64,000 nucleotides of DNA from an uncultured delta proteobacterium (GTDB lineage: Bacteria > Desulfobacterota > Desulfobacteria > Desulfobacterales > JAFDCJ01). Position 1 is the first letter of the stretch. Each line of letters begins with the position of its first letter. The position numbers were made by a program, and so were the translations under genes. Positions 63,082-64,000 of this stretch are shown piece by piece. The stretch spans positions 215,621 to 279,620 of the forward strand of contig CAVYNY010000032.1 in the NCBI GenBank assembly GCA_963769935.1, given 5' to 3'. Under the pieces are notes generated by a model. That model worked only from the letters and a program-made list of their open reading frames with translations. It ran no database searches and was not told the origin of the DNA.

Positions 63082-63526
63082 TTTAAACCCAAATTAGGAC
63101 ACTACCCACCATTCGTTAAATTCCCTTAAAAAATCCAAGTTCAGATCTAAATTTCATTTGACCAAAAAAGACTGGGACTACATTACCACCAAAGGTCTTG
63201 AAACCATCAAAGAGCACGCCTATCAATTTATAAATTCCAGGGTTGCGCCTGCTTTTCCGAAAAATGATGGCAAGCAAACACCGATGAGAGGGCATCCGGT
63301 CTTCATCGCTCAACATGCAACCGCCACCTGTTGTCGGGGATGTATTTCAAAATGGCATGGGATCGAGAAGGGTAGAGCGCTGAATAATTCTGAGGTCGAT
63401 TATATTGTGAGGTTGACTATGGGGTGGATAGAAGGGCAGATGGATTATTGAGAGTTGATGTATAGCGTATATTATGGATATATTTGATCAGTAGATTTGA
63501 CCGCAAATTGACAGCAAAAATGTTTA

Positions 63527-63945
63527 ATTTGACGAGATTTGACGTGATACAATAAAAAAGGCTTTCAGCACAACTGCCTGAAAGCCTTGATTTTATTGGT
63601 GGGCCGTGTTGGAATCGAACCAACAACCTACTGATTAAGAGTCAGGTGCTCTGCCTAGTTGAGCTAACGGCCCTTGAACCATTCATTTTTAATGAACGCG
63701 ATAGGTACCAACTTTGTAGCCATATGTCAAATTTTTTTTTGAATGTGCGCGATAAAAGTTTGTTGTATGTGGTCGGTTGTCCCTTGTTAAAAAAATCGCT
63801 GTGCCAAAAGCGCTGCGTGCAGTGAGCACTTCGTTTTAGGAGCGCTGCGCTTGAGGCAAAAAAAAATTAATCCATTTTAAAATGTAAGATGCGCCTAAAT
63901 TTACGCGTTTTTCAACCACCGCAATTGTTTCGTCTGCCAAATTTC
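63527..63945. repeat. 419-bp direct repeat, right copy
   Basis: Near-identical to 58030-58448. Confidence 0.95.
63597..63673 (-). tRNA. tRNA-Lys(CTT), second complete copy
   Basis: Identical to 58100-58176. Confidence 0.96.
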
Positions 63946-64000
63946 GAAAATTCCCCTTTACACGTTCCAGCCTTTTCTCACCCTCCCACCTTCAGGCGGG

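Larger units (their letters stand above)
58491..63106. mobile_element. IS1-family transporter element (4616 bp) with passenger genes
   Basis: Perfect 19-bp IRs GGTAGTGTCCTAATTTGGG (58491-58509, 63088-63106); TSD CACCATTC (58483-58490, 63107-63114); internal DDE transposase; strongly AT-rich. Confidence 0.93.
58450..63451 (+). pseudogene. DUF4186-family gene split by an IS insertion (58450-58490 plus 63115-63451)
   Basis: Rejoining at the TSD gives one frame: MAPTESLNDRIHHSLNSLKKSKFRSKFHLTKKDWDY..NDGKQTPMRGHPVFIAQHATATCCRGC. Confidence 0.9.

Overview
Bacterial chromosomal window. Gene content (split atpZ-atpI-atpB-atpE, dnaA without dnaN, iorAB, heptamer-rich intergenic repeats) suggests a Desulfobacterota/deltaproteobacterial anaerobe; this is inference. 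1-31 kb is core genome: LPS/glycosyltransferase genes, yicC-remA-gmk-rlmB-comF, F0 ATP synthase genes, uvrA, a frameshifted dnaA-family gene, suhB, and hflX-dnaB-rplI-rpsR-rpsF. It is interspersed with a modular family of intergenic 7/8-mer repeats. 31-39 kb is an acyl-CoA/2-oxoacid catabolic cluster. 39.9-57.7 kb is a sigma54-controlled redox/metal cluster that appears to have been duplicated and then reciprocally deleted. It encodes a diadenylate cyclase, a DHH-CBS protein and two copies of a candidate sigma54-driven small RNA. 58-64 kb has two complete tRNA-Lys(CTT) genes inside 419-bp direct repeats that bracket a DUF4186 gene. That gene is interrupted by a 4.6-kb IS1-family transporter element (19-bp perfect IRs, 8-bp TSD) carrying toxin-antitoxin-like passengers and a 73-nt RNA-like sequence shaped like the tRNA-like domain of tmRNA. 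Frameshifts are frequent and may partly be sequencing errors. All family assignments come from motif recognition, not database searches.
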